From Podarcis liolepis (lineage: Eukaryota), in the NCBI GenBank assembly GCA_965112155.1, contig OZ218102.1: a stretch of 64,000 nt of DNA, one strand, 5' to 3'. Shown here piece after piece: positions 1 to 11,289 of the stretch. Each line of letters opens with the position of its first letter. Position 1 is the first letter of the stretch. The notes under the pieces are model-generated. The model worked only from the letters and a program-made list of their open reading frames with translations. It was not told where the DNA came from and made no database searches. A program made the position numbers and the translations under genes.

Positions 1-92
1 CAAACCCATAGTCAGAATGCCAGTTCTAGTACACCAGCCCAGGGTTCATCCCCTCGCCCAAGCATTCTCCGGAAGAAACCCACTACAGATGG
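1..92 (+). CDS. SAP130: SAP130 (SIN3A/HDAC complex subunit) internal exon, 5' end outside window
   Basis: Translates QTHSQNASSSTPAQGSSPRPSILRKKPTTDG; donor GG|gtgagt. CDS in window = join(<1..92,[1828..1932],2982..3340,4369..4617,4942..5067,5729..5832,6746..6859,7822..7980), with consistent splice phases. Confidence 0.93.
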
Positions 93-1827
93 GTGAGTAA
101 AATTGCAGTTGCCACTGTAAAAGAAATAGTGCTGTTTCTAATAAAAACATCCTGTTGGTGCAAGGATTTGTGCCTGCGCGATGGGATTTCCTCTTCCTCC
201 GCACCCCCCAATGTCTTCTCTGGGTTCTCCAGTCCTCTGTAGGAGATTTGGGCTAGGTGTTCAGGGGTGGGAGAGGGAGAAGTCTCATTGCGCAGATGAA
301 AGTCCTGTCGGAAATCAAGCCTTTATCAGGAGAAACTGGCAACTCTCCCAGGCACCTGGCTTGGTCTCCTGTTGACCTCCCTGTCTGCTTTCCCGGCAGG
401 ATCCAGGCAGAGGTCGTGATAGGCGATCCTTCTCAGCGTGAGAAGAACACACCCCTCTTTTCTGCCCCCCCCCCCCGGGCAAGGGAAAGAGATAGACAGA
501 AACGTATTTACATGCCTTTATTTCTGTCTTTGCGGCGTTACAAAAAACATGACTGCTCTCTTCATACTCCTGCAGTCGAGAGAGAACAAACACTTCCTGT
601 TCAGCTCATATTACACTCTGAGCTAATTCCAGTGCCCTCTGCACTGTGAATTGACTGTCCCTCTGTTTCCCACGGAACAGTCCCAACATTCCCATTATGT
701 TTTGCTTTCAAGCTACCAGCAGCTCGCGGCTGCATTGCTTCAATATCGTAACAAGTCCTTGCAATGACAGTACAATATTATTGGATACAACCTTGTAGCA
801 TTCTGTTCATCAGTCGTCTTATGTATGCCGAGCATTATGACAGAACCAATAAAACATGTGAGAACTCGTGGAATATGTATTTATTAGTGAAGACTTATAC
901 CTTGCCTTACCTTCAGTATGTAGCTCAAAGCAGCTTACATAAACAGAGATATGTGTATTTAAAAAAAAATTCAAAACTAAAAACAGAGTAACAGATCAGT
1001 AAAATAGAAGAGTAAAAACACTTCAACACAGGGACCAGGCAATTTCTTAAAACTTGCCACTGTAGGGGGCAACTGTATTTCTTCAGGAAGTAATTTTCAT
1101 AGTCTGGAGTCAACGGTGCAGGGAGCACTTGTCTCATGTCAGCAGCCTCCTAGAATTTTATGTGTGTGTGACCATAAGCAGGGCCTCAGTGCTGACTTCA
1201 AGGCATAAGTTGGACAACATAGGGAGAGCTGTTCTTTTAGATAACTAGGTACCAGGTTGTTCAGGGCTTTATATGCTATTAGCAGAACTTTGAATCAGGC
1301 TCAGTAACTCACAAGCAGCCAGTGCAGAACCTTAGGAATTAGTGTTACATGACCCAGGCTGTCCAGCAGCTTTCTGCACCAGCTGTAGTTTCGTAACCAC
1401 CTACAAGGAAAGAGCTCTGTCACCTGTGTTTGGTCAAACCCGCTTTACATCTTAAGTAATCTATGCTCTAGCCATCTTCCGACATGTTTCATTGCCCAAA
1501 GCCTCTTGGGAAACCAGGACTGGAGAGGGCCCCTAGGTGCAATTGGGTCAGTGGCCTATATCATCTTGCTTTTCCACAGCAAGACTAGGGTCTTGACAGG
1601 AGAGGCAGCTGTTCTGTTTGGAAAATTTCCCTGCACATTCAGGAATCTTTTGGATTCCATTAATCTACTGGAGCGAACAATTCTAATCAGCCCCCCCAGC
1701 TGGAGCCTATATAGGATAAATACAGCAGAAGAGAATAATAGTACACCGCTTTTAAATTAAGCACCCTTGGCAACTATTGTAATAGTTTTGCTTTTCAGAA
1801 ACTACTGTGTTCATGGCTATTTTTCAG

Positions 1828-1932
1828 GTTGGCGGTTAGGAAAAGCCTCATCCCTCCGCAGCCATCTGAGGTATCTGGCACTCGAGTGGAAAGCTCTATG
1901 AGGAGTGCATCTGGATCGCCAAGACCAGCTGG
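1828..1932 (+). CDS. SAP130: SAP130 alternative (cassette) exon, 105 nt, frame-preserving
   Basis: ttttcag|G...GG|gtaag, phase 2/2; encodes LAVRKSLIPPQPSEVSGTRVESSMRSASGSPRPAG, resembling the 35-aa insert of the long mammalian isoform. Not in the ORF track. Confidence 0.85.
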
Positions 1933-2981
1933 GTAAGATCTCATAATAAAAAGAGATGTAAAGCATTCAAAGTATTGTAATTCTAACTTGGCAAAAAAGG
2001 TGAAAGAGATGCTGGCTGTTCTTACCCATTGCAAAATAATAAGCTCCGTGGAGACAGCTGGTGCATGCATACTTCTGGGTAAATGGGAGTTCAGTGAAAT
2101 ATTCAGTGATGATCACTGAGCTGTGCAAGCAGATTAGGACCTGGGGAACATAAAACAGGGAACTATTTTAAGAGTATTGAATTACTTTTTCTCAGATCAC
2201 TACAATATGCACATATTGGCCATGTTCAGATATAAGCCTGTGCATAGCCATAGTTAGGCAAGATAGTCTTGCCAATGAGCCATATGATGCCTACAGTTTT
2301 AGCATTCCCTGTTTTTCTCTCCCCTTCTTTGAGTGGGAAAACAAAAAACAGAGCAGGCGGCTTAGTGGATCAGACAAAAATGTCTTGTCCAAAATGGGGT
2401 CCAGTGTACTGGGGATCATCTGTGTTAAAATGTATTCTTAGCTTGATGATTTTTAGCATGTAAATTTGACTGGCTTACTGTCAAGCTCTGTCCAAACCAG
2501 CACTCCTGGTTCCTTTCTGCATTTGAAAAAAACATGACCAGGAAGCCAATGTTCTTGGTTTCCTGAATGTGATTTCTTTGGGAGAAACAAATCAAAGGTT
2601 CTGATTCAGGCAAAATGCTAAAACCTCTTTCATTTTGGACCTCATTTTTTGATATAGCACTGGAACCCTAACCTTTTTGCTTTCTGATGTTTTTACATGG
2701 TATTGTCAAGATTCTGAAGAAAAGACATTAAACTTGGTGACTGTATTTCACAATTTCCGGTGGGCTTGTACTACTTAGATTCTGGAAACCCAGACTTCCA
2801 TCTACTTAAGTGATGTCGCCATATTGTAAGATATGTTTCTAGAAAACTGGAAAGGGGGGAAAAACCAGAACAAAATTAATCTTTCAGAGGCTCTGCATTT
2901 CTATACAGTTATGGTAGTAGGATCTTGAAAAAGTGAACCTGCTAACTTTTTCCTTTTTTTGTTTTGTTTTGTTTCATCTAG

Positions 2982-3340
2982 TGCCAAGCCAAAACCAGAA
3001 ATCCATGTATCTATGGCCACTCCAGTGACTGTATCTGTGGAGGCAGTATCCATTCAGAGCAATGAACAACCTCCAATTGCAGTCCCCACTTCCCAGCAGC
3101 CACCAGCTGCCATTCCAACCATCATCACAGCAGCTAGTCCACCTTCACAGCCCACAGCTGCCCTGTCAACCATTCCGGGAACTGTGCCTGCTGCTGCACC
3201 GACTTCAGCCACAATTGTGGCAGCTCCTCCACCTCCACCAGCCATGGGTGGCGTTCTCTCTACAGTATTGGGCCCTGTTGTACCAGAGATAAAAATAAAA
3301 GAGGAAGTGGAACCCATGGATATAATGCGGCCAGTCTCAG
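2982..3340 (+). CDS. SAP130: SAP130 exon (Pro/Thr/Ala-rich region)
   Basis: AKPKPEIHVSMATPVTVS...IKIKEEVEPMDIMRPVS; poly-T/ctag acceptor and CAG|gtag donor. Confidence 0.95.
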
Positions 3341-3566
3341 GTAGATTTCTGCTTAAGCAATCACAAATGAGATGCTCAAAGTAGGTACAAAAGCTCCACA
3401 GCAGATAATAATTAGAAAGATTGTTAGCAGCTTCATTTTAAATTATATTTTGTTTTATTTTAGTAATGAGGTTCAGAGTTTATTAAGAGCAGGGCCATAG
3501 CTAGCATGTCACTGAAAGCTACAAGAGTTGCATAGTTATAAAATGGCAGGTAGAAATAAAAGGATA

Positions 3567-3774
3567 CAGTGGTACCTCTGGTTATGAACTTAATTCATTC
3601 CGGAGGTCCGTTCTTAAGCTGAAACCATTCTTATCCTGAGGCGCACTTTCACTAATGGGGTTCCTGCTGCACAATTTCCGTTAGCACCCTGGGGCAAAGT
3701 TTGCAACCAGGAGCAGCTACTTTCGGGTTAGCGGAGTTCGTAACCAGAAGCGTTCATAACCAGAGGTACCACTG
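3567..3774. mobile_element. Non-autonomous Tc1/mariner (pogo/Tigger-like) MITE
   Basis: Perfect 23-bp TIRs CAGTGGTACCTCTGGTTATGAAC, with TA on both sides; related copies at 51021-51232 and 53662-53864. Confidence 0.9.
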
Positions 3775-4368
3775 TATACTTGCTATTAAAGTTTGTGGAG
3801 AGATCAAACATTAGTGCTTAATTCTGCTCTGTAGTAAACACTAAGAGAACAGTTGTGCAGCCTTATAGTGAGAAGACTCTGTTCAAGGCTTTCACTCTTA
3901 AATTCAATTTGTTAAGGAATTTCCTGAAAGTTACTTTTGCCGTAGTAGTTTGCATGTCAAACACAAACTGCCAATCGATTGCACTAAAGGTGCCTCGCAG
4001 CTTTATTGGGAACTGAAAGAGCCCAAACGCTGTCATAGGAACCATAATCCCAGAAAAAAAGAGATCAGGGAGGATTGAAACAAAAGACTTTGTTTGCTTA
4101 GCTCTGCTCACTCTTATTCATGACGTAAGGCCAAACCATTCAAAAGAAAATCAGGGGGAAAGTATATATAAAAGCTCTAAGATCCTTGAGAGGAGGGACT
4201 CTAGAAAAACATAATGTTCTCCTCTTACAAAGGCACTGCACTGGCAGTTAGCATCTGGTCTCGTCTCTAGCATTGCAGTCTTTGGAAGACAAGGGTGTTG
4301 GCTCTAAAGCCGCCTTTGTTTTACCTATCAGTCTCTTAAAACATGTCCCTTCCTGTCTTCTCTTTCAG

Positions 4369-4617
4369 CAGTTCCTCCACTGACTGCAAATACTGTCTCC
4401 CCATCTCTTACACTGCTGGCCAACAACCTTTCAGTGCCCTCAAGTGACTTGCCACCTGGTGCCTCTCCAAGGAAAAAACCACGAAAGCAGCAGCACATAA
4501 TCTCTACAGAGGAAGGGGATATGATGGAGACTAATAGCACTGATGATGAGAAATCCACTACCAAAAGCTTGCTGGTAAAAGCAGAGAAGCGCAAGTCACC
4601 ACCAAAAGAATATATAG
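4369..4617 (+). CDS. SAP130: SAP130 exon
   Basis: AVPPLTANTVSPSL...PGASPRKKPRKQQHIISTEE...KRKSPPKEYI; canonical splice sites. Confidence 0.95.
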
Positions 4618-4941
4618 GTGAATGGAAATAAATAAATTAAATAATTGGTTGGTTGGTTGGTTGTCATCTTCTCCAAGTAATACCCATCCACCCAAAATGT
4701 AAGATTGCCACTAGAAAAGGAATTTGAGCTAAAAATGATTAACTTTGGGTCCGTCCATCCCCCGCAAAGATCAGTTTTTCATGGCAGATTATTATTGGAG
4801 TGCGGGGGGAGAGCTGTTGGAGCTGAATTAATCTCTAATTCAAAGTATGCCGGCCCTATCATGGGATCACATTTTCTTTCCTAGCTCAAAACGCAAGCAC
4901 CTTAAAAGAGGCTTTAGTTATTTTTCTCAATCTTGCTTTAG

Positions 4942-5067
4942 ATGAAGAAGGTGTGAGGTATGTGCCTGTACGTCCTCGGCCACCCATAACACTGCTTCGC
5001 CACTATCGCAACCCATGGAAAGCTGCCTATCATCACTTTCAGCGGTATAGTGATGTCAGAGTGAAAG
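4942..5067 (+). CDS. SAP130: SAP130 exon (C-terminal domain)
   Basis: DEEGVRYVPVRPRPPITLLRHYRNPWKAAYHHFQRYSDVRVK; ttag| acceptor and |gtatgt donor. Confidence 0.96.
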
Positions 5068-5728
5068 GTATGTCTTCCTGTCATTACATTTTGCATGGGT
5101 CAGTGAACAGATGTGTTACAATATTAGACAGGTGTCTACTTGCAAACATTTAACCTCTGATATAGGATGTGCAGCGAATTGCCTAGCAACATATCCACCA
5201 TCTAAAGCCACTGTAATATCTGTACTGCAGAGGCAGTGCTAATACATATCAGTTTTCCTATTGTTACTGAGGTTTAGTTATACATAAGGTAATAGAGAAC
5301 CTCAGCTGACAGGAAATAGTCCATGTATACTTGCTTGCTCTCTGTGTGTCTGATTAGCAAAATGAATTATGCAAGAAAAGTGGGTGCAAGGAGACTTCCT
5401 TACTTTGCATTATGTATTTATTGAATTTGACTTTAGGGTTTCTACATATATAGTCCCTGGCTATTAGATAAACTAAGTTTACCAACACTTGATACAAAGA
5501 TTCAAAGCAAGCCCCACTCCACCCCTGTTCAGATCACAAAATTTGGCTGTTGCATTATTGCACATCTGACCCTGCATTCTACCAACATCTGTGGTCAGGT
5601 TTCACATACCAGGTACACAAATGACTGCTGCAGTAAACTTAGCATTTTTGTAGCTCAAGGAATAAGGTACATTTCACCTTTTAAAACCTCATTATTTGCT
5701 TGTGTCTCATATTTGACTCTTGTTCTAG

Positions 5729-5832
5729 AAGAGAAGAAGGCTATGCTGCAAGAGATCGCTAATCAGAAAGGTGTATCCTGCCGTGCGCAGGGATGGAAGG
5801 TCCACCTTTGCGCAGCACAGCTATTACAGCTG
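5729..5832 (+). CDS. SAP130: SAP130 exon
   Basis: EEKKAMLQEIANQKGVSCRAQGWKVHLCAAQLLQL; |gtaagt donor. Confidence 0.96.
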
Positions 5833-6745
5833 GTAAGTGGGGGAAACGGGGTAGTTTCATATAAAATGAGGAAGAGATTCCTCCAAGAAAAGCCTTAGCC
5901 CAGGAAGCTTTCTGAACGGTGATACAAAACTATATGCATATACATATACATATATATAAACATATCATTTATATTATTTTTAAAAATTACCACCAGATTG
6001 ATAAGACTATTGGAATTGGATTCCCTTCAAGATTGAGGGATATGTTGTAGGTTGCAGTTGAATATATGTATATCAGGTATGAATGGAGGGCTTGATTCAG
6101 GCGTAAGAACTGATGCATTTTATACAGATGCTCAAAACTGGCAAATCCCTCCCTCTGGTGCACAGATCTGAAGAAGTGTCTGGGAGTGTGCTGCTGACTG
6201 GAAGAGGCAGCACTGTTCCACATTCCTGGATGCTTCTATTTCAGGTGGGGGTGATGTAGGTGCTTTGTATTCTAGCGCCAAGCTCCCAAGGCCATGAGGA
6301 ATACTATGGAAATGTGACATTACATTGTGTATGTAATTTAGGAGTGCTGGGCTGCTGATGGTGTGTGAAACGAGGTTTTGATCTAAGTATAAGAGGTGAT
6401 GGTAAGAGGACTAGAACATCAAAGCATATCTTTCACAGACATTGGATGACAGTTACTGTTGTACTGCACTGTAAGAAAAATAGACTAGGATCCATGTTTC
6501 CTCATTCTGAAGTGGGACAGCCCTGCTTCATTTTGAAGCATATTTCAGAGAGCATCCTACTGCAGTTGCAATAAAGACATTGTAACCTTAAGAAGAGGAA
6601 CACTGTTCTGTCAGCAGTGAAAAATAGTACTGCATCTTTTGAAAGCAGTTGTATGAGCAGATGGAATTTTTATAGCTTATGTAGCCCTTGATATGAAACA
6701 GTGTGAAAATGTTAGGTGTTCTTGCCAAATTCTAATATTTTATAG

Positions 6746-6859
6746 ACCAACCTGGAGCACGATGTGTATGAACGACTCACCTCCCTGCAAGAAGGGATCA
6801 TTCCCAAGAAAAAGGCAGCAACTGATGATGATTTGCATCGAATAAATGAACTGATACAG
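6746..6859 (+). CDS. SAP130: SAP130 penultimate coding exon
   Basis: TNLEHDVYERLTSLQEGIIPKKKAATDDDLHRINELIQ; canonical sites. Confidence 0.96.
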
Positions 6860-7821
6860 GTAAAGGCTTATTGTTCACTCCTTCAGTTTGGTGATTTGCA
6901 ATTGATATTGTTTCTTAATTTAAATGGTGGGATATGTTTTTTAAACGTGAAACAAAGAACTGTTAAAAGAGGGAAGTAGAAAATGAAGCAGACTAAACAA
7001 ACCAGACAGTATTTTAGTATAGCCACTCAAAATAGTAACCTATTAAAAACAACCACATATGGTTATTTTAAAAAATGAATAATTTGGGATGTATTTAAAC
7101 AATACAACAAATAGAAAATAGATATTCACAGGTTCCATGGTTCCGTGTATCATTCAAAGCCTGAGCATAATATAAAATTTCTAAAAGTGAGGGGACGCAG
7201 ACAGACGGGGGAGACAGAGAGAGAAGAAGAAGAACTATTCCATTAATCACAGAAACCTCCATCCTCTTTGTGGCAGCCATAAGGAAGATACCCATTTTTA
7301 ATTAACTGCAATTTATTATTCCATTCAAATTCTAAATTATGATTAATATTAATTATGGTTAGGGAAACAATGCAACTTAATCAACCATGGTTTGAAATTG
7401 GCTTGTTTCCCTAAACCATAATTAAAAATAACTGTTGATCCAGGTTTGGACATGACTCTCCTCCTTGCCGCTATGCAAGAAGTGGAAAGGGGAGTGGGAG
7501 AGCACACAAGCCTCATTCAAGCAGCACTAAGTTTAGCATTGCGTCCAAATGAGGTTGCTTTCGCCTTGAAAGTTCACCATTATTACTATGTGTCTTGAAA
7601 TGCAAATGCTAAGGCATTTGATGTAGAGAGTCTAATTTCCCAGATTATTATTAGCAGAAAGTGGAAATATACTTGTTCATCTGTTCCTAAACGGCTGTTT
7701 CATTTGTTTTAAAATTCTTTAGGTCATGTACTCTCTGACATTTCAATGTGGTTGTTTAAAGATTACTTGTGTGCCTATGAGGCATTCAGCTGTTTAATAT
7801 CAGTCCTGTGTTGTGTTTCAG

Positions 7822-7980
7822 GGGAATATGCAGAGATGTAAGCTCGTAATGGATCAAATAAATGAAGCTCGAGAATCCATGCTAAAGGTCTTGGATCACA
7901 AAGAGCGTGTTCTGAAGCTTCTGAATAAGAATGGAACTGTCAAGAAAGTATCCAAATTGAAGAGAAAAGAAAAAGTCTAG
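7822..7980 (+). CDS. SAP130: SAP130 last coding exon
   Basis: GNMQRCKLVMDQINEARESMLKVLDHKERVLKLLNKNGTVKKVSKLKRKEKV* (TAG 7978-7980). Confidence 0.96.
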   Translation, partial: GNMQRCKLVMDQINEARESMLKVLDHKERVLKLLNKNGTVKKVSKLKRKEKV

Positions 7981-8693
7981 AGCCAGAGGTATAAAGACTC
8001 TGGAAACAAAGGTTGTACAGAACAGTGTTAAGGCTCTTTTAATTGGGGGTTTGTTTTAGAGAGCTACATCTGAGTAAGAAGGACGATGGATGGATACGTT
8101 GGAGCCCAATGACCTTAAGGGATGATTATTGATCTATCAAAGGAACAAAGATTTTTCTCAGGCTTGTCCCTGTTTAAACTCTTCACAGTCACATTTTGTT
8201 TAGCCCTCTTGATGTGCCAGTGCCTATTAATTGGAACCATTGATGCAAACGTGATAGACAGTCCTCGCCCTTCCATCCTACAGTTTTAGAGATAACTCCA
8301 CAGGTTTGTACAATGGATTCTGCAGCAGACCTCAAGAACCATCTATCTTGAAACTGTTTGGAGATGACACTACTTCCACGTAGCCAACTCAGTTTTTTGC
8401 TCCTTAAGATCTTGCAGTGGCTAGAGCAGCCTTCATAAACCCAGTGCCACTTGCACTGGTGGTTCTGCTACATTTAGAATCTTAAGTGGTTCTGAAGTCT
8501 CTAGCTGTCTATTTTTTAAAAAATACATTTCAAAGTGATTTGTAGTGTTGTGGAGTGTGTGCGTGTGCCCATGTTGGTGCTCTGGGATATTGTTTTCAAA
8601 GTACTCTCATACAGCACAGTACTTCCTGTAGCTGGTGTGATGCTCTTCATTGTGTTACATACAATTTGTGCTATATGACATCCCGGAAACATG

Positions 8694-8699
8694 AATAAA
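8694..8699 (+). terminator. Probable SAP130 polyadenylation signal AATAAA
   Basis: Canonical hexamer about 0.7 kb after the stop, followed by a U/GU-rich tract. Confidence 0.6.
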
Positions 8700-9820
8700 G
8701 GATTTGGAGGATTTTGTATAATAACAGGTGCATCTAATTCTGTGCTACAGATCCCAGCAAAGAAAAGCCAGATAAGAACTATAGGGAAGTAGCTGCTTTT
8801 GTTCAGGACATTTAAAAAGAACAGATTGGTATGGACAACAATTACACTTTTAGCAATCTAGGTTAAACAAATTTTCATCCATATTTGCTATTTCTGTAAT
8901 AAGCTGCTATCAGTTCTCTTAGTACCATATATCCATATAGGATATAACACTGGCAAAATCCAGCACGTACAAATTTCATTCAGTGGAAGGGGCCACTGCC
9001 AGCCAAAAGAAAACAACTGCAGTGGGAGGAGTGCAAACGCACACACATCCATAGCAATCCCACTCGGAGCAGCCAGTCTAGATGCAGCTCCGAGCAGGTA
9101 CAATATCACCCACCATGCACACTGCTGGCCAGGCACACAATAGAGCACCCACCCATACTAAGGCAGAATGAGATGAGCTACCATTAGCAAAGGCCAGTGG
9201 GTCAGAGCAAGTCTGCTAGTGCAAAGATAAGGCAGGCCAGGTGGAGGTTCACTCAAGTGTAGATTGCCCCTTGACTACAAGCTCCCCAACTTCTTCAGTT
9301 TCCCTTGAAGCCCATATCCAAATAGTAGCAGTGGGGGCAAGGGGATGTTTCTGGAGATCAGGACAGTGGTGCTCCAAAATCTGGGGGGAGGGGCCTGGCT
9401 AGGCAGTCAGTGGGAGGGTAGCCACAACAGTTGGTGGACCCTGGAGGAGTAGCATGCCTGTACAAAGAAAGGCAACTTATACCAGGGATGGTTCACAAGC
9501 TCATTGCACTGGAGCATTGCCAAGCACACCTTTTTTTACACCTTTCCAGGAGTGCTGAGCAAAGCCACCTCCATGGTTTGATGACTTTGGGGGAGGGGAG
9601 CTGCAGCTGGGCCAGCTGGTCAGCCTCTTGGGCACTGCCAACTCCTTTCTCTGCTTCTCTTAACATGGCACCACCATGTCCATTTCCAGCCTATCATGAC
9701 TGCTCCATACTAATGGTATCAAGAATGTCCTCCTGGGCTTGCATTACCCAGTAATAGGGCATTTCCAATGGAATGTGGCATGGGTAGTCCACCCTGTGGT
9801 CCCATGAGGCTGCACTGCCA

Positions 9821-10290
9821 GGCTTCTGTGAGGTAGAGCGTGCAAAATTAGATATGTGTTCTATGAAACTGTTGGCTTTTGTCTACGCTATCTACATGAT
9901 GGTGATATGCAATACTCAGTGTCCATCTCATGAATGCCACAATGCCAGAAAATGTTCCTAACTTCTAGATCCTTAGTTTCTAACCAGCTACATCTGCTAG
10001 AGGACCACAGGGGGCTTTTGGGTAGATGTGTGAGATGGATTAACACATAGCAACATCCAGACAGGAGAGGCCATTGATAACCCTTTTACTTCCCCATGCA
10101 CACAGCTGAATACCCATGGATACTCAGTGAAGCCCTTTATTCAAATACTCATTGGGGACACTGAAGATGTGATTCCATGGCCTGCATCACATGGTAGGGC
10201 AATGTGACCCACTCTCCTGAGAAGGTCTCCAAAGTTGTGATGGCCCGTGCTATTCTCTATATTGTCATGCACAGAAAGCTATCCATGGGC
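9821..10290 (+). pseudogene. Degenerate PIF/Harbinger (HARBI1-like) transposase fragment
   Basis: Motif remnants in the expected order: GFCEV, FVYAIYMMVICNTQC (~GFHSINVQVICD), LGTLKM*FHGLH at 10152 (~FGxLKxRFRCL), HSPEKVSKVVMARAILYI at 10210 (~YSPEKVxxIIxACCVLHN); interrupted by stops and frameshifts. Confidence 0.6.
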
Positions 10291-10603
10291 AAGGATAGTG
10301 CTGGGCTGCCACACCTCACTGTGGAAGGAGCAGACATGGTTGATGAGTGAGTTGCACAGGGTTGCAATCTTCATGCTGTTGGTACTTGGGACCACACAGG
10401 TAATTCATTTACAGACAATCCACTTGACTTGTGTAGCCCTTGGCATGCTTTCCTTTCTCCCCCCATGCCCACATTTAATAACAGATTTTGGAATTACTTG
10501 CATTTCTTTCTAACAGACATCTTCCATCAGTAATGTGGGGTGGTAACCAAGTAAGTATCCCCAGAGTTCAGGATGTTTACTACTAAAATGCAAGTGCATA
10601 AGG

Positions 10604-10856
10604 CCTGCAGCTTCCAACCTAGGAGTTTGAAAGCACGTCAAGTGCAAGTAGATAAATAGGTACCGCTCCGGCAGGAAGGTAAACGGCGATTCTGTGCGCT
10701 GCTCTGGTTCGCCAGAAGCGGCTTAGTCATGCTGGCCACATGACCCGGAAGCTGTTTGCAGACAAAAGTCAGCTCCCTCGGCCTATAGAGCAAGATGAGC
10801 GCTGCAACTTCAGAGTCATCAGTGACTGCACCTACTGGTCAGGGGTCCCTTTACCT
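10604..10856 (+). mobile_element. Sauria SINE, 5'-truncated
   Basis: Diagnostic AAGTGCAAGTAGATAAATAGGTACCGCT...GGAAGGTAAACGGCG...GTCATGCTGGCCACATGACCCGGAAG body and CCTTTACCT tail. Confidence 0.85.
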
Positions 10857-10859
10857 AGC

Positions 10860-10959
10860 CATCTGTCATGTATGATCTAGTTGAGGTTCATGCATTGCAG
10901 GGGGTTAATTAGATAGATGATCCTCAGGATCCCTTCCAACCCTACATTTCTATGATTCT
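10860..10959 (+). mobile_element. CR1 LINE 3' end fragment
   Basis: ...GATGATCCTCAGGATCCCTTCCAACCCTACATTTCTATGATTCT, the CR1 terminal motif. Confidence 0.75.
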
Positions 10960-11052
10960 TTTAATTCTTAGTGTGAGCTGCCTTGGCTGTTTGTTTACAA
11001 ATACAGTAAATCAATCGATAAATCCGTTGGCCTTCAAGCTGCTAAAAATATC

Positions 11053-11075
11053 TGTGTGTGTGTGTGTGTGTGTGT
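11053..11075. repeat. (TG)n microsatellite
   Basis: Seen directly. Confidence 0.9.
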
Positions 11076-11289
11076 GGAGATATTTCTGCCTGCAGCAGAC
11101 AACCACATGCACCGCACTGGAGTGCCTATTCAGGCTGCAGTTGTAAGCACAATTGCTGGAGACCAATTCCCCTTGACCTCAACTGAACCTCCTCCTGACT
11201 CAAGGCGTTTGGGCTTCAGAGGTACACGGAACCCCCGCTATAAACAACAGAACTCAGGCGACATTTCTAACCCATGGAGAAAGACATCG

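Noticed and set aside
3054-4594. Antisense ORFs over SAP130 exons
   Set aside because: Shadows of the coding strand.
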